A program made the position numbers and the translations under genes. Below the pieces are notes generated by a model. That model saw only the letters and a program-made list of their open reading frames with translations, was not told the origin of the DNA and ran no database searches. From Raja brachyura (taxonomy: Eukaryota), in the NCBI GenBank assembly GCA_963514005.1, contig OY740811.1:27652001-27716000 (forward strand): a DNA stretch of 64,000 nt, written 5' to 3'. Of the stretch, positions 26,370 to 39,845 are shown in pieces (the stretch's first letter is position 1; every line of letters starts with the position of its first letter).

Positions 26370-26590
26370 GAAGGAACTGCAGATGCTGGTTTCAACCGAA
26401 ACCAGACACAAAAGCTGGTGGAACTCAGCGGGTCGAACAGCATCTCTGGCGAACAGGAATAGGTGACATTTCGGGTCGAGACAGTTCTTCAGACTGAAGA
26501 CTGAAGAAGGATCCCGAACTGAAATGTCGCCCATTCCTTGTCTCCAGAGATGCTGTCTGACCCGCTGAGTTACTCCAGCTTTTTATGTTT
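26370..26590. mobile_element. Palindromic Penelope-derived element (two inverted terminal repeats)
   Basis: cacaaaagctggtggaactcagcgggtcgaacagcatctctgg ... ccagagatgctgtctgacccgctgagttactccagcttttt, with ctgaagaa motifs on both strands at the centre. Confidence 0.75.
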
Positions 26591-27614
26591 ATCTTTGATA
26601 TAATTTCTGCTGGATAGAGAGCCATTGTTTCAAAGGAGCTTACATATCCAGTTGCAGCACTGTTTATACTACTTTTATTTCCTCTTCTATTCATCCCCTC
26701 CGCTGAAGGTGCTGACTCTCCCTGGGGTCTGGACCCCACCCCTGAAGGTGCTGAATTTCACTGCAATCCATTGTAAGGCTGATAAATGCGAGCATCAGAC
26801 TACAACAGGAGATTCCATTCAGCACGGACACACTACTTGCATCAGAGGAGTGTGAGGTGATAGATTTGTCCACTAAAGACTGTGATTCTTTTCTTAAATT
26901 TATGAGGTATTCTGGGTAGAATGAAGGCATGCACTTTCATTCCTTCCAGGATGTAGAGGCTGTAAAAGGCCAATTTCTATTTTTACAGTCCACTCCTGCT
27001 GAGGCCATTGTTCACGCAAATGGACAATACAAAGTGAACCATCTAATATGTCAGTAAAGTTTCCCAGTTTGCCCTTAGTCAGCAGCTGGCTATGAAATAT
27101 TCTGCCTGTCTTTCACTGGGAAACCGATGAAAACAGCAAGGAAATATACTGCCGCCTACAGAGCACGTAGTTAGAAAGAGGGAAGAGATGAAATGGAGGA
27201 AGTTTTGCCCAACGACTGGGTGTGTTTTAAAATTCTTCAGTTTCATGGAGGTATGGAAATGGTTTGGGTTGAAGAGTGATGACTACAACAGCCCTCAAAT
27301 GCAATTCACTCCCCCCCCCCCCCCCCCCCTCACATTTCGGTCAACTTGGGGATGTTGAGCAAAAGACCTGTTTCCATGCTCTGTGACTCCAGGAGTACGA
27401 CTACGGAAGCGTAAGAGAGGAGTATGGAGGGGTTTACAAACTAATTTTATAAAGTACACAATGCTTGCTGCTTCATTTGCTGAGCATGTATTGAGCCAGT
27501 GGAGAAAGGTGAATGAGTAGCTGCAGAATGTTTGGATATCCAGAAAATATTCTTTGAACTGCCATAGAGCAGGTAAATAGCAACCTACTATGCTCATGGT
27601 GACACACAAGCCTG

Positions 27615-28135
27615 GAGATGCTGCAATGTCAATCATAAGACAAACATCTGGAAGAACTCAGCAGGTCAGGTGACATCTGTGGAGAGAATGGGTAGATGAT
27701 GTTTCAGGTCAGGACTGATCCGATTGAATGGATTACGTGTATTGTAGCCAAGTTTTCGGATTGTACAAAGGAAGCAATAAAGACAGCTGTGAGGAGAAGC
27801 TTACAACCCAATGGTATGAACGTTGAATTCTACAATTTTAGGTAAACAAACCCCCCCCCCCTTACCACGTTTTATTTTCCGCCCCTCTCCTGTACTCCAC
27901 CTAGACTCTTACCAATTTCTCCCCTTCCGTTCCATCTACATTCCTAGCTTTATAATTCACAACACCTTTTGTCTTTTCATCTCTGGCCGTTATCCATTCT
28001 GTCTATCAACCCCCCTTCCCACCCTCACCTGTATCCACCCATCACCTATCTATGTTCTCCAGAGATACTGCCTGACCCGCTGAGTTACTCCAGCATTTTC
28101 TGTCTTTTTTTTAAACCAGCACTTAGATTCTTCAT
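27615..28135 (+). mobile_element. Penelope-like fragment with an inverted partial terminal repeat
   Basis: ORF end LQPNGMNVEFYNFR* (~27801-27845), pyrimidine-rich 3' region and terminal repeat. An inverted copy lies at 27615-27715. Confidence 0.65.
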
Positions 28136-28239
28136 TTGCTCTCACTCGTTCATCTCTGGTTCTTCCCTTTTACACATTCAGTCGTGTATCCTCCTTCTCC
28201 AGTGTGAGGCCACTCAACACATCTTCCCCTCCCCTCCTC

Positions 28240-28880
28240 TTTCACCAATCCAATGGGATCATTCACTCTGAGCCAAGCTGGTCCACTGGTCAATGATCCC
28301 GACACCCTCTTTCCTTCCTGACCTATTATGGTATGTACATGCAGGAGATGAAACACCCGTTTCACCTTCTACTTTGCATTGTCCAGGGCCCAAACACTTC
28401 TTCCAGAAGAAACTGTGATGTACTTCTTGTATTTGCAAGTTGGAATACCACATGCTCTTCTTTTGGTACAATCATAACACATGTAGGATGACAAGTGCAC
28501 ACTTGTGACCTCTAAGTTCTGTTCATGCGTCACTTTAATCTTCTGTTCACTTCAACTCCAGTCTTTCTCCTGCATGGTTCCAATGAAGCTTGACAAAAAC
28601 TTTCAATAGGTCCTTCTGGGCTCAACACCGAGTTTGAGAATGATTCTGCTATTTCCACTTCCATCCCTTCAAGACTCGCTCTTACCTTGTTACTGATTCC
28701 GCTACCATTCCTTTGCCTTGCATCACCATACCTGTTATCATTTATTGTTTTACCCCTTTCACAGGCTTTGATCTTGTCTTCCCATCACACTTGCACATCA
28801 CTAACATTAACTAAGTTCAACGCTTCTCTGTACTGTCATTGCCTGATCTGCTGAGCATTTCTGCCATTTTATGTTTTTAT
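28240..28880 (+). mobile_element. Highly degenerate Penelope-like ORF remnant
   Basis: Residual QGPKHFFQ..., LLHGSNEA and GLNTEFEN-like segments, and the terminal gcctgatctgctgagcattt repeat. Confidence 0.45.
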
Positions 28881-29070
28881 GTCAAAAATAGCTATTGATT
28901 TTCAGCTGTAAGTAAGTAAGTTTATTGGCCAAGTATTCACATACAAGGAATTTGCCTTGGTAATTGCTGGTATCTGAAGAAGGGATTAAAATTTAAACGT
29001 TTTTAATCTATTGCATGCTGTGTTTATTTCAGTTCTGTTTCCTCTTAAGACTTACTGATTTACGTCAATT

Positions 29071-29251
29071 TAGAAACATAGAAACATAGAAATTAGGTGC
29101 AGGAGTAGGCCATTCGGCCCTTCACGCCTGCACCGCCATTCAATATGATCATGGCTGATCATCCAACTCAGTATCCCGTACCTGCCTTCTCTCCATACCC
29201 TCTGATCCCCTTAGCCACAAGGGCCACATCTAACTCCCTCTTAAATATAGC
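29071..29251 (-). mobile_element. CR1 3' end with a (tagaaaca)n tail
   Basis: tagaaacatagaaacatagaaaattaggtgcaggagtaggccattcggccc... Confidence 0.85.
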
Positions 29252-30324
29252 ATAACTTCAGTAATTTACTGAAGTTACTGAATTCTGAAGCTGCTGCTGC
29301 GTTATGCGCTTAGTCTTTTGATGCACTGATACTGTATTCCTTATTGTTTTAGTAACTATTACTTTGAAAGTTATTTTTGAATGTATTTTTCCTGTGTATT
29401 GTGGTAAATGATTTGTGTGTGAGAGAAATATGCAGCTGGTTTGAGATGTAGAATTTAGTGATCATTTGTTCACCACACTAGGGATGTGATTGCTCAGGGG
29501 ATGGTGCATAAGACATTCAGCCGGATGTTGCCTGAGATGGAGTGATTTAGCCATGAGAAGGACTGGGTAGACTGGGCTTGTTTTCTATTATATATATTTT
29601 TCAGATTAGTATGAACAAGGGTCCCACCAGAAAACATAATCTGTCCATTCCTTTTACACATGCTGCCTGACCTGCTAAGTTCTTCAGCACTTTGCGTTTT
29701 GATCAAGATTTCAGCATCTGCTGTTCCTTGTGTCTCTTCTTTTGTTTTCCTTCGAAAAGGTTGAAAGGACACATGATCAAATATGACGATGGATCATGAG
29801 AATTCTTTTCCTTTAGTAGGAACCAGAAGGCAGCGGGAAGAGCTAAGAGAATGAGAGCGTATTTTTTTCTCCCTGAGGGAGATTGAAATCTGGAAAGTAC
29901 TAACTGATCCTGGTGATGGTGGAGGCTGGTACTCTCACCTTATTTAAAAGACGAGCATTTAAACTCCACAGCAAAGAGGACCATAGACCAAATGCTGGGA
30001 AATTGGATTAGTATAGCTCAGTGGGCCAAACAGCCTGTTTCCATCTTGTATGACTCTATACCTGACAGACTTTGATGAAAGGTGCAGCTTCAAATGGAAT
30101 TTTTATCAACACAGACTGTTAAAGTGGAACAGTTTATCAGCAAAATCTCTTATCAGCAAATGGATTAGCTCCATCAGAGAGGAGAAGCGTGACATGCTGA
30201 TTTTAAGAGTATTTGATGGCTATGTTAAGGACAGGTCATTCATCCCTCTCACAATTCACCTCAGGCATGGTCACCCACTTTCAACCTCTGTTTTATAATT
30301 CCTACCATTATAATTTTAGTTATA

Positions 30325-30550
30325 ATGTCAGAGTATTCAGCATGGAAACAGGCCCTTCGGAGCAGCTTGCCCATGCCCACCAAGGTGCCTCAGCTACATT
30401 AGTCCCACCTGCCTGCTTTTGGCCCATGTCCCTCTAAATCATTCTTATCCATATCCAAATGTCTGTTAAATGTTATTATAGTTTCTGCTTCAACTATTTC
30501 CCCTGGCAGCTCATTACATGTATCCACCACCCTCTGTGTGAAAAGGTTGC
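30325..30550 (-). mobile_element. CR1 3' fragment
   Basis: NLFTQRVVDTCNELPGEIVEAETI motif. Confidence 0.8.
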
Positions 30551-30562
30551 TGATCAGATTCC

Positions 30563-30901
30563 ACTTACAACTCAGCGGTATGAATATTGATTTCTCTAAC
30601 TTCAAGTAACACTTGCTTTCCCCCTCTCTCTGTCCCTCTCTCACTCTAGTTCTCTGACTAGTTTCACTGTCCTTCTCATTAATTTTACTGATTGTATGCC
30701 TCATTGTCACCTTCCCCTCATCTAACTGAATCATTCTACATTTCCTTCTCATTGTCCGCTTTGATCTGGTGTTTTCACACCTTCCATATCTGTAGTCTCC
30801 CTCTTTCCCTGACTCTCAGTCTGAAGAAGGGTTTCGACCCAAAATGTCACCCATTCCTTCTCACCAGAGATGCTGCCTGTCCCGCTGAGTTACTCCAGCA
30901 T
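30563..30901 (+). mobile_element. Penelope-like element 3' end with a hammerhead-like motif
   Basis: LQLSGMNIDFSNFK* followed by cagtCTGAAGAagggtttcgacccAAAAtgtc and the terminal repeat. Confidence 0.7.
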
Positions 30902-30904
30902 TAA

Positions 30905-31735
30905 GATCTTATGTCACCTTGATAACCATTTTGATTATCGACAATATCCTCCACATTGCGCTATCATCTGGAAACTTACTAATCCTGCCTTGTATGTTCT
31001 CATGCAAATCATTGATATAAATCACAAAAAGCAATGGGCACAGCACTGATCCTTGAGGCACACCCCTAGTCACACGCCTCCAGTCTGAAAAACAACCTTC
31101 TACCATCAACCTCTGCTGCATTCCATGAAGCCAATTTTCTAGCCAGTCGGCTAGCTCACCCTGGATCCCATTTGATGTAATCTTCCAAAGCAGCCTACCA
31201 TGCTGTACCTAGTCAAATGCCTTGCTGAAATCCATATAGACAATATCTACATCTCTGCCGTCATCAACTTTATGATTATATCTTCAAAAAACTCATTCAG
31301 ATTCGTGAGACACAATCTCCCATCTACAAAATTGTGGTGACTATCCCTAATCAGTCCTCGTCTATCTAAATGCATGCATTTCTTATACCTCAGAATGTTC
31401 TGGTAACTTTGCAACCACAGATGTTAGGCTCACTGGCCCATAATTCCCAGGCTTTTCCTTGCAACCCTTATTAAATAGAGGCCGAACATTTGCCACCCTC
31501 CAGTCGACCGGCACCTAACTCATATTTAATCATGACTCATATCTCAGCCCGGACATCTGCAATTTCTTCTCTAGCTTCCAACAGTGTCCTTGGACATATC
31601 TGATCAATCCCGGGAGAGTTGTGTACGTTAGGACATTCAGCACCACCTCGATCGTAATGCTGATTGCCCTCAAGACACTTCCATTGACTGTCCCAAGTTC
31701 CCTGGTCCTCGTGTCTTTGTTCTGTATCATTCATC
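30905..31735 (-). mobile_element. CR1-clade reverse transcriptase fragment (pseudogenised)
   Basis: GVPQGSVLCPLLFVIYINDL...SKFPDD RT motifs. Confidence 0.9.
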
Positions 31736-31969
31736 AATTCCCCCCAATCTCCAAAGTTCCCTGTAGGATTCACTCATTCTCCCCAACCTGATTTTATAAT
31801 ACCTCAACGCATGGAATATTCTATTCTTCAAATAATCAGCGACCGTTTAACACCAGAACCAGGATCAGGAATGGTAGCTGGTTACATAGCATCAGAGGGA
31901 AAGGAAACAAGATATTCCAGAGGCGGTTCTTTGTAAATAATTCTACTATTATTTAAAATCCAAACTTAA

Positions 31970-32262
31970 TACCAGACAAGAGGACATAGCTTTAAAGTGA
32001 GATGGGCAACGTTTAAAGGAGATGTGCAGGGCACGTTTTTGATACAGAGGGTGGTAGATGCCTGGAACATACCGCCAGGTGGTGGTAAAGGTTGATATGT
32101 CAGTAGCATTTAGGGGGCATTTGGATAGGCACATGGATATGCAGAGAATGGAGGTATATGGATCACATATCGGCAGAGGTGATTAGCTTAACTTGGCATC
32201 ATGTTCGGCATGGATACTGTGGGACAAAGGGCCTGTTCCTATGTTGTACAGTTTTATGTTCT
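31970..32262 (+). mobile_element. CR1 3' fragment
   Basis: TRGHSFKVRWATFKGDVQG-like sequence plus 3'UTR. Confidence 0.8.
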
Positions 32263-33342
32263 CAGACATTAGGCCATGTTCTTTAACTCATACATGTCAG
32301 AATATTGTCCTCTGCATGAGCTAATGAGTCAATATGTATGCCCATTCTGTCATTTAATTATATCAAGGCCTCAACTTATTTTTGCTACTCTTCACTTTAC
32401 TATTTTGTCATCTCCCTCAACCAAATTACATTGAATTTAGTTTTAAAATCTCCAATTCCACTTCAAACTTTTGTGGAAATTAGCTCCAGATTATAACTAC
32501 ACTGGCCCCGTGACAAAGTTCTCTTGCTGTCACCCCTGAACGTATTCTAAGATAATGGCTGTGAATTCTTGGGAAAGTCTTCACCCACCCTTCTAAATCC
32601 TCTTCTCATTTTTAAATTTCAAATTTTGATTTCCATCTTCAAAATTCAAGGGAACAGAAGGCACGTGCATGGCACCAGCAATTATAAATTAATTATTTAT
32701 GTCACAGAAATGGCCCCACCCAACTCCAGTAATTGTTCCGTTAATATTGTCACAATGACGGAATTCCTCAAGAGGTGAAAGTCACAAAACTGCTGATGTT
32801 AGAAATCTGACAAGAGCCTAACAAGAAATCTGACAAGAGCCTACAACCTGAAATATATGGTCTGTTTCTCTTTCCCCATACACAGCCTGGTGTGCTGAGT
32901 GTTATCTGTTTATATTCACAAGTGGGCTGTGGCCCGTGCTCACAGGCACAACGTCTGCTGGATGTAAGCTGGCCAGGGTGGAATAATGTAGATTGCAATG
33001 TGCGATGGAAATTCTGAATCATGAACTCCATTGTGTTTGTGGTCAGGGAGAAACTTCTCAGCCAATAGCTTTCTCTGTGGTCACCCAGTTCTGCAATGAG
33101 ATGGAATGAATAAACCCACACCAACGTGAATTATGTCAGATTCTGCAAGAAATACAAGCTCCATGAAACAGGTGCCCTTCATTCCAGCATTACTGAGTCA
33201 TGTCAGAATGGGTGGGTCACTCTACCATTTGCCTCGGGTGAGCAGCCAACATAATCACAGTCCACTCACACCCTGGTCATTCTCTCTTCTCCCTTCTCCA
33301 ATTGGTATAAAGGCTTGTCAGCACAGTCTACCACATTCAAGA

Positions 33343-33940
33343 ACAGACAATAGACAATAGGTGCAGGAGTAGGCCATTTGGTCCTTCGAGCCAGCACCGC
33401 CATTCAATGTGATCATGGCTGATCATCCCCAGTCAGTACCCCATTCCTGCCTTCTTCCCATATCCCCTGACTCCGCTATTTCTAAGAGCCCTATCTAGCT
33501 CTCTCTTGAAAGCATCCAGAGAACCTGCCTCCACCACCCTCTGAGGCAGAGAATTCCACAGACTCACCACTCTCTGTGAGAAAAAGTGTTTCCTCGTCTC
33601 CGTGCTAAATGGCTTACTCCTTATTCTTAAACTGTGGCCCCTGGTTCTGGACTCCCCCAACATCAGGAACATGTTTCCTGCCTCTAGCGTGTCCAAGCCC
33701 TTAACAATCTTATATGTTTCAATGAGATTCCCTCTAATCCTTCTAAACTCCAGTGCGTACAAGCCCAGCTGCTCCATTCTCTCAGAATATGACAGCTCCG
33801 CCATCCCGGGAATTAACCTTGTAAACCTACGCTGCACTCCCTCAATAGCAAGAATGTCCTTCCTCAAATTAGGGGATCAAAACTACACACAATACTCCAG
33901 GTGTGGTCTCACTAGGGCTCTGTACAACTGCAGAAGGCTT
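33343..33940 (-). mobile_element. 5'-truncated CR1-clade LINE
   Basis: ORF 33433-33867 and a (agacaat)n tail. Confidence 0.92.
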
Positions 33941-34029
33941 CTTTAAAGACCTCTCATATGTTAAGGATGTCTCCCTGATCTTCCCCTCTACCTCGTTGTA
34001 GCACTCCAGTGCTGGAGTCCAGATAAAAG

Positions 34030-34255
34030 ATTCTGTGGTGGCAGTCATACTCAATACCTGGAACGTATTGCCTCGGGTAGCGGTTGAGGCAGGTACGATA
34101 GTGGCATCCCAGAAACTGTTGGATATGGATGTGCAGGGAATGGAGGGATATGAATTATGTGCAGGTAGATAAGAATTGGTCTTTGCATCATGTTCGGCAC
34201 AGACATTGTGGGCTGAAGGGCCTGTTGTTGTGCTGTACTGTTCTATGTTCTATGA
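34030..34255 (+). mobile_element. CR1 3' fragment
   Basis: Degenerate ORF2 end plus 3'UTR ending ttctatgttctatg. Confidence 0.75.
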
Positions 34256-35544
34256 TGAGACACTAAACCAAGGGCCCCACTCCTCTCAAATTCTAGATTC
34301 CACAATATTATTGGAAGAAGATCAAGGTAATTACTTCTCCTGTGTAAAAAACTATATTTAAACAACATTAGTAAAAACTAATAATTTGGCCATTTTCAAA
34401 TCCTGCTTGAGGGATTTTGCTCTGTGAAAATCTCTAGGTCTGTTTCCTGCATTACAACATAAATGACAATTCAAAAGTGTTGCAATGACCACTTTGGGAC
34501 TTGCAAATAAAAATGCAAGTAACTCTTTATATCAACATTTTTGATTAGATCCAAGGTTACAACTTGATCGGTGTCCTTCCCAGTCCTGGAGCAGTCACCT
34601 GAACTGGGATCACCTGCCAATCAGGCAGGTTCTATCAAACACAGAAAATAATTTGATGTAATAGTGGTACCAGTTGCTAATACAATTAATTATTTAAACA
34701 GGGCGTTTACGTAGAACATTAGGTCATCTAATGAGGTTGGTACAGAGGAGAATGGCGCGGCATATGACTCAGAGCAAACAAAGACAATTTATGGAAAATA
34801 ATGAGTTCACATAGAACGATGCAAAGAGGATCTACAATATCTCCAACGAGAAGGAAATGCAGTGAGTTGGGGATAGTTACGGATAAATTATGTACAATGA
34901 GTTCCTCAGCAAGTGTGGGCACCATGCCTACAGTAAAATATAAGCAGGAAATCTGGGCACATTCAATAACCAGGAACATCAGTGGTTCACACCAGTGGCC
35001 TTTATTCTTTACAAATGGAAGTTAAAGACTGATTTTTCTCAATGTATGGTTCATAATAGAGTCCACAGTAGAAGGGAGAGTGGGGAAGGGTATCCTTTTA
35101 AACTTATTTTGTTACACTGTTCAGTGTTTTGAACAGATTCAACCTGTTAGGCATTTTATTCAGTTTCAAACCAAGTTTGAATATTTTGCGGTTTCCCTTC
35201 AGGAACCTGAAATGTTTGTTAGATTTTAAAATGCTTACTCAGCTCCAGTGGACTTCCAGCAGTGTTTGAGCTGCCATGATCCAGTTTACTTAGAATATTG
35301 AGCAAAACACCTGCTGGAAAAACTCAGCAGGCCAGATGGCGTTTTAAGTTGGGACCCTTCTTCAGCCTATCCATTCCTTCCACAGATGCTGCCTGACCCG
35401 CTGAGTCCTTCTAGGATTTTATGTTTCGCTGAAAATTCCAACATCTACAGATTTTTATGTCTCCGATAATTTATTGTACATTTATTGTTGTTATTTAGCC
35501 TGTAAAGCAGCAGCAAGTAGGAATTTCATATTTCTGGTTCATAA

Positions 35545-35755
35545 TCATATGGCACAGAAAAAGATCCTTTGGCCCAACTTGTCCATGCCAACCAAGATGC
35601 TCCATCTAAGCTAGTCCCATTTGTCTGTGTTTGGCCTATATTTCTCCAAACCTTTTCTTCTATTTTGTATCCATGCCTTTTAAAAGCCATTATAGTACCT
35701 GCCTCAACTACCTTCTCTGGCTGTTCGTTCCATAGGCCCAACACCCTCTGCATGA
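35545..35755 (-). mobile_element. CR1 3' fragment
   Basis: QRVLGLWNEQPEKVVEAGTIMAFKRH. Confidence 0.8.
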
Positions 35756-35894
35756 ATATTCAGTTCATGCGACAAATAACCATTCATTCAGCAGCCTTGA
35801 TGAACTTACAAATTCAATGTGCAGGTCTATAACCTGGATATGCTGTGATAACTCAATTCCTTATAAATATCACAACTGATTACTGGTAACATAA

Positions 35895-36785
35895 AGGTGG
35901 ATGGTAAAAGGAATTCTACAAATATGTAAAAAGAAAAAAGATTAGTGAAGTCAAATGTAGGTCCCTTACAGACAAAAACAGGGGAAAATATAGAAACGGC
36001 AGATGCTGCTTACAAAATCCCCCACAAAACCCTGGTGTAATTCAGGCAGCATCCCTGGAGAACATGGACAGGTGATGATTCGGGTCAGGATCCATATTTG
36101 GACTGAATTAGTCTGAAGGAGGGCCCTGACCTGAAATGTCCCCGACCCGCTGAGGTACTCCAGCACTTTGTGTCCTTTTTTCAGGAGAATACATAACGGG
36201 GAACAGGAAAAATGGCAAAAAGAATAAAATAAATAGTTAGATGATGTCTTCACAGAGGAGAATACGTTACATTACAGAAATCTTAGAATACAAGAATCTG
36301 ACACTAGAGAAAATTAGGATTCATAAGTAATGACACTGAATGATGATAAACCCAGGGCACAATAATTTATATCCCAGAGGAGAAAAAGTGGATGCATTGA
36401 TTGTCAAATTTCCAGAATTCTATCATTCTCTCAGATGGGAGAGCGACAGGAGGAACTCTACAATATTAAAAAGGGAGAGAGAATACTGGGAACTACACCC
36501 TGGTTGGCCTAACATATATAGTGGAGAAAATGCTTGGAACTATTAAATTTTCAATGAGATTAGACAGAGTCAACATGGATTTCTGGATGTGAAATCATGT
36601 TTGACAAACCTATTGCAGTTATTGTAAGATCAAGACTGGAATACCACCGGATGAGGCTGTTGCTACTAAATGCCAATGTTTTCAAATGTAATATTAAAAG
36701 TTTGCTGAAGAAACCAAACTTGGTGAGATTGTGAATTGTGAGGAGTCTTCAAGGTGACTGAGACAGAATGGGTATGTGGGCTGTT
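35895..36785 (+). mobile_element. Old fragmented CR1 ORF2 remnant with a nested Penelope-type terminal element (~36000-36180)
   Basis: Remnants of the FYKYVKRK, SQHGFL..KSCLTNLL and KFAEETKLG motifs. Confidence 0.6.
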
Positions 36786-37247
36786 GGAGGGGTTGGCGTA
36801 TTCGTCCTGCACCCTGAATCTGGCTTTGATATAGGGCCCTGTTCCCCTCTTAATTAGTCCTCAGATCGGGACTGCACACAGAGAAAATCTTGTAATACAA
36901 AAACATGTTTTTGTAAACCTGTAAACATGATGGATGTTAAAATCCTCCACTATGAAAACACCAACAATCTTATATATTTCTAATTTGTCTGCATCTCTGC
37001 TCTGCTATCTCTTGTTGAGTTTTATGAGGCCTGTGGTATATTTCCATCAAAATAAATGTCCCCTTTTCATTCCTAATCTCTGCCCTAATGATCTAATTTG
37101 AAGAACCTTCCAGGATATCCTATCCTATCTCAATACCACGGCAATGGATTATTTAATCAATCGTGCAAAGCCACCTCTTCTTTTCCATCTCCTGAACCGT
37201 TTCATGACCTCCAACAACACACCATGAAAGCTTGACTTGACAGTTCT

Positions 37248-38681
37248 TTTTTTTTTGAATATATTTTTATTAGAGGCCATACATATAACAAATAATATAG
37301 CATTTTTTTCCAAATATAGTTGATACATCTTTCCAAAATTATATAAATGTTAACAAAATATATATATTGGCCTCACTTTTTTTTATAGAGTGAAAAAAGT
37401 ATAAAGAAAGAATAGTGAATAATTATAAGAGTATGATTATAGTTGATTAATATAAAGAAGAGAGAGAAGAAAAAAAAAATAAAAAATAAAAATAAAATAA
37501 AATAAACAAAAACAAAAAACAAAAAAATAAAAAATAAAAATAAAAATATTTGTGGAAAAGAAAACGGTATACAACTTGTCAATGAGTGGAACAATTTCTA
37601 ATTATAATATATGGAGACAAATATATAAATCTGATCTTAAACATTTTTGTTTGATCTTTCCACCGGGTACTCATTGAGTTTCAATGCTGAGCCCAGCTAC
37701 CCCTTCATATAATCAGTGAATGGAGACCATATTTGTTCAAAAATCTCAGGTTTATCCATTAGGATAAATCTAATTCTCTCCAATTGTAATGTCTCCAACA
37801 TTTCTACTGTCCACATTTTAATTGTCGGGGATAATGGTCCCTTCCAAAATTGTAATATTAATTTTTTTCCAATTATTAAACAGTAATCCAGAAAATTTCT
37901 TTGATTTACTGTTAAAATTTGAATTGAATCTAAAACCCCAAATATAATTAATTTTGAGTCGGGGCTTAATGTGATCTTTAAAACTGTGGAAATAATTTTA
38001 AAAATCTCAGTCCAATAACTTTTAAGTTTTGTACATATTACAAAACTATGATTTAAATCGGCTTCTATGTGCTGACATTTATCACATAATGGTGATATAG
38101 TAGGAAAAATTCTATTTAATTTCTTTTTTGAGTAGTGTAATCTATGTATTACTTTGAATTGTATCAAGGTATGTCTGGCATTTAACGAACAGCGATGAAT
38201 TCGTTGTAAGCTTTCTTCCCATAAATCTTCTGTTATAGGTAAACCAATTTCATTTTCCCATTTTTGTCGGAATAGTTCCGTTTTTGGCAATTCCCTGTCC
38301 AAAAAAATATTATATATATATGCTATTAATTTTTCTGTTGTTGGATGCTTGTTAAGTACTTCATCCAGTATACCTGGCTCTCTATTTCTGTAATTTAGCG
38401 TATTTAATTTGACATAATCTCTAATTTGTAAGTATCTAAATAGATTATTTGCTTGCAGTCCATAAATCTCTTTCAACTCCTGGAATGAGAAGAATTTCCC
38501 ATTCCTGTAAAGATGTTCTATCCTTATTATTCCTAAGTTTTTCCAATGTCTAAACCCCACATCCAATGTCGAAGGTTTGAACATAGGATTATTCATAATT
38601 GGTAAACAAAGTGGTATAGTTTCTAAATGTAAAGTCTTAATGATTTGTTTCCAGGTACGTATATTATTTAAAATTATAGGG
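37248..38681 (-). mobile_element. 5'-truncated L1-clade LINE with intact ORF2 C-terminus, poly(A) and an 11-bp TSD
   Basis: 299-aa ORF 37697-38596 with the CCHC knuckle CDKCQHIEADLNHSFVIC and L1-type FRYLQIR, QFKVIHRLH and W.PF motifs. T-run at 37247-37256. ttgacagttct occurs at 37237-37247 and 38682-38692. Confidence 0.92.
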
Positions 38682-39257
38682 TTGACAGTTCTGGCTTTCC
38701 TTCAGTCATATTTCGGTGATTCTTCAGCCAAATTTGTTTAAACCTTTTTCCACTGCAAACCTGACTCCAAAGATCTTGGACTCATTCTGGTTCAATACAA
38801 TCCATCCAGCTTCCACAGTTTCACCTTCCCAAGGAACAATCCAGATCTCTAATGAACATGCTCTTACACCATTCCTGTTTTGACAAATCATCACAATTAA
38901 CCTGATATGAGTTGCTTTCAAAGTCCATTGTATAATGTGTCTCAGATTCTGTTTCTGACTCCACCAGACAAGTACCACTGAAAAATCAAGAGCAATTTGT
39001 GTAGAAATAACAGGTCATTCATTCATCATATAGAATTGAAGTGAATTAATATATTGCACTTCTTTCATTTAATTGAAGTTTAAATCAGATACCTAAAATA
39101 TACATCTGAACAGATTTTCTTCTACGCAAGTAACATCATACAAAACCCATAAACCTGCCCCCCTGGGAAGTGAATATTGTTGGCTTTTACCATTATTTCC
39201 CTATGGAATGAGTTATGCTCAAACATTTCAACAGAAACAAGTTCTGAACCTGTGCAC

Positions 39258-39845
39258 AAAGAAGGCAAACGCAATGCTGGCATTTATTTCCAGAGGGCTA
39301 GAATACAAAAACAGGGATTTAATGCTGAGGCTCCACAAGGTGCTGGTCAGGCTGGATTTGGAGTATTGTGATCAATTTTGGGCACCATATGTAAGGAGGG
39401 ATGAGCTGGCTCTGGAGAGAGTCCAGAGGAGGTTTACAAGAATTATCCCAGGAATGAGTGCGTTAAAATATGATGAACATTTGACGGCATTGGGCTTGTA
39501 CTCGCTGGAGTTTAGAAGAATGAGGGGGGACCTCATTAAAACCTGCTGAATAGTGAAAAGAGAATCTAGGACGAGAAGTCATACCTCAGAATTAAAGTAC
39601 GTTCCTTTAGGAAGGAGATGAGAAGGAATTTCTTTAGTCAGAGGGTGGTGAGTCTGTGGATTTTTTTGCCACAGAAGGCTGTGAAGGCCAACGGATATTT
39701 TTAAGGCAGTGAGAGATAGATTCTTGATGAGTAATGGTGTCAGGGGTTAAGGGGAGAAGGGATAGGAGGGAGAGATAGATCAGCCATGAGTAAATGGCAG
39801 AGTCGACATGCAGGGCCAAATGACCTACTTCTGCTCCGATCACTT
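39258..39845 (+). mobile_element. CR1 3' fragment
   Basis: KKANAMLAFISRGLEYK...LYSLEFRRMRGDLI plus 3'UTR. Confidence 0.88.

Noticed and set aside
34728-35025. Non-repetitive-looking purine-rich segment with short ORFs
   Set aside because: No frame is bounded by convincing splice sites and no recognisable protein motif is present.
37373-37594. 73-aa Phe/Ile-rich 'membrane protein' ORF
   Set aside because: Translation of the low-complexity T-rich 3'UTR of the L1 element.
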